NCBI RefSeq assembly: GCF_004010195.1
Contig: NW_025215008.1
Location: forward strand, 1 to 58,348
Direction of reading: 5' to 3'
From: Chiloscyllium plagiosum
Lineage: Eukaryota
Length of the DNA: 58,348 bases
Shown here: in pieces, positions 57,208-58,348 of the stretch
Numbering within the stretch: the stretch's first letter is position 1
Layout: every line of letters starts with the position of its first letter
Made by a program: the position numbers and the translations under genes
The notes under the pieces: model-generated
Seen by the model: only the letters and a program-made list of their open reading frames with translations
What the model was told of the DNA's origin: nothing
Database searches by the model: none

Positions 57208-58065
57208 GAAGAGTCATACTGCACGGAAACGGATCCAACTTATCCATTCCAACCAGATTTCCTGAACTGGGGATCATAGAATAGAATCCCAAGAGTGTGT
57301 TAACAAGTGATTCTATCCACAAATCCACACCAACTCTCCAAAGAGCATCCAACCCAGACTCACCCAACTAGTGTATCCCTGTAATCCTGCTCAATCACTA
57401 ACCTCTTGCGTATGGCTAATTCCCCTGACCTACGCGTCCCTGGACTAGTCCCATTTACCCACATTTGGCCCATACCCTGCTAATCTTTCCTATCCATGTC
57501 CCTGTTCATATGTCATTTAACTCTTGTAACTGTATCCACTTCCACTGGCAGCTCATTCCAAATACGCTCATTCCAAATCCCCCATCAAGTCACTTTTAAA
57601 TCATTTCACTCTCAACGTGAACTAATGTCTTAGGATCCCCGAAGCTGGGGAAAAAACTTTGGATATCACCTTATCTATTCCCCTCATGATGTAGTAAATT
57701 TCCGTAAGGTCACCCCTGCGCCTCCAACATTACAGGTTAAAAGAAAACCCAGCCAATCGACATTCACCTTATGACGTAAACCTTCTATTCTCTGTGACAT
57801 CTTAGTAAATCTTTTTGCAACCTTCCAATTCAATGACATCCGTCCAAAACCAGCACAACCACAATTGCACCTAGTACTCCACGTGGCCTTCCCGTTGTCT
57901 TGTACAGCTGTAACTTGATGTTAAATTGCTGTACTCAATGTTCTGAACAATGAAGAAAAATGTGCCAATGCTTCCTAACTAGCCAGTCTATCATTTTCAA
58001 GGAACTATGGACCTGCACCCCAACGTCTCCCGATTCAACTGCAATCCCCAAGGCCCTACCATTAT
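57208..58065 (-). mobile_element. CR1 LINE 3' portion interrupted by a SINE
   Basis: Reverse-complement tail GTCATACTGCACGGAAACGGATCC at ~57213, resuming at ~57447 (AGTCCCATTTACCCACATTTGGCCCATA). Contains reverse-complement EY*VQLW at ~57860 and GVQVHSSLK at ~57995-58025. Confidence 0.85.
57270..57446 (-). mobile_element. HE1-like SINE 3' part nested in CR1
   Basis: ATAGAATAGAATCCC tail and ATGGCTAATTCCCCTGACCTACGCGTCCCTGGACT, homologous to ATGGCCAATTCACCTAACCTGCGCACCTTTGGA at 58-90. Confidence 0.7.
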
Positions 58066-58199
58066 TTGTGTTCTTTTCTGTTTTGAGCGAGAGGCAGAAC
58101 CACAGTGCTGCATTAGTACTATTTTAGTAGCTGCAATGAAGTGAGCGACATTAAACTGCATGAGACATTTGATGGAAATTACCTCAGAGTTTCGCACTT

Positions 58200-58348
58200 C
58201 CAGACCACAATACAGTGCCTTAGGCAAACTGTGTTGCATCAAACATGATGCCAAATTAAACTAATCCCCTCTGCCTGAGGTTGGTCCACACCAGTCCTGT
58301 CCTGGAAAATTCATATGCTTATCTTCTAATCTCAACTGCTCCCATTGT
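58200..58348 (-). mobile_element. CR1-like 3' end fragment
   Basis: CATGATGCCAAATTAAACTAATCCCCTCTGCCTG..TGGTCCA is a recognisable reverse-complement CR1 3' UTR motif. Confidence 0.55.

Noticed and set aside
41033..58254. Remaining 60-160-aa ORFs as host genes
   Set aside because: They overlap decayed transposon or spacer sequence, often antisense, many start at non-ATG codons, and none shows a recognisable host domain.

Overview
Non-genic, repeat-dense vertebrate DNA. It is most likely from a cartilaginous fish (shark); this is inferred from the HE1/V-SINE, CR1, Penelope-like and Gmr1-like repeats, recognised from memory and not by database search. About 64% of the window (3781-40938) is one apparently perfect tandem array of the 20-bp unit CGCGAGGGTGAGAGAGAGCG (~1,858 copies). 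It is preceded by ~3 kb of related GA-rich repeats and a 254-N gap. The 13,000-aa minus-strand ORFs are by-products of this array. The right 17 kb holds a heavily decayed tRNA gene cluster: a ~2.1-kb block carrying intron-containing Ile(TAT), Arg(ACG) and Glu(TTC) pseudogenes occurs twice ~3 kb apart, with single Asn(GTT) and His(GTG) relics nearby. It also holds a decayed Ty3/Gypsy element with the unusual PR-IN-RT-RH (Gmr1-like) order, Penelope-like remnants with a degenerate hammerhead core, and CR1, Rex1/Babar and L1-like fragments. No intact protein-coding gene is supported and I see no convincing novel functional system. The best leads are the perfect array (real or assembly artefact) and the fossil multi-tRNA unit.
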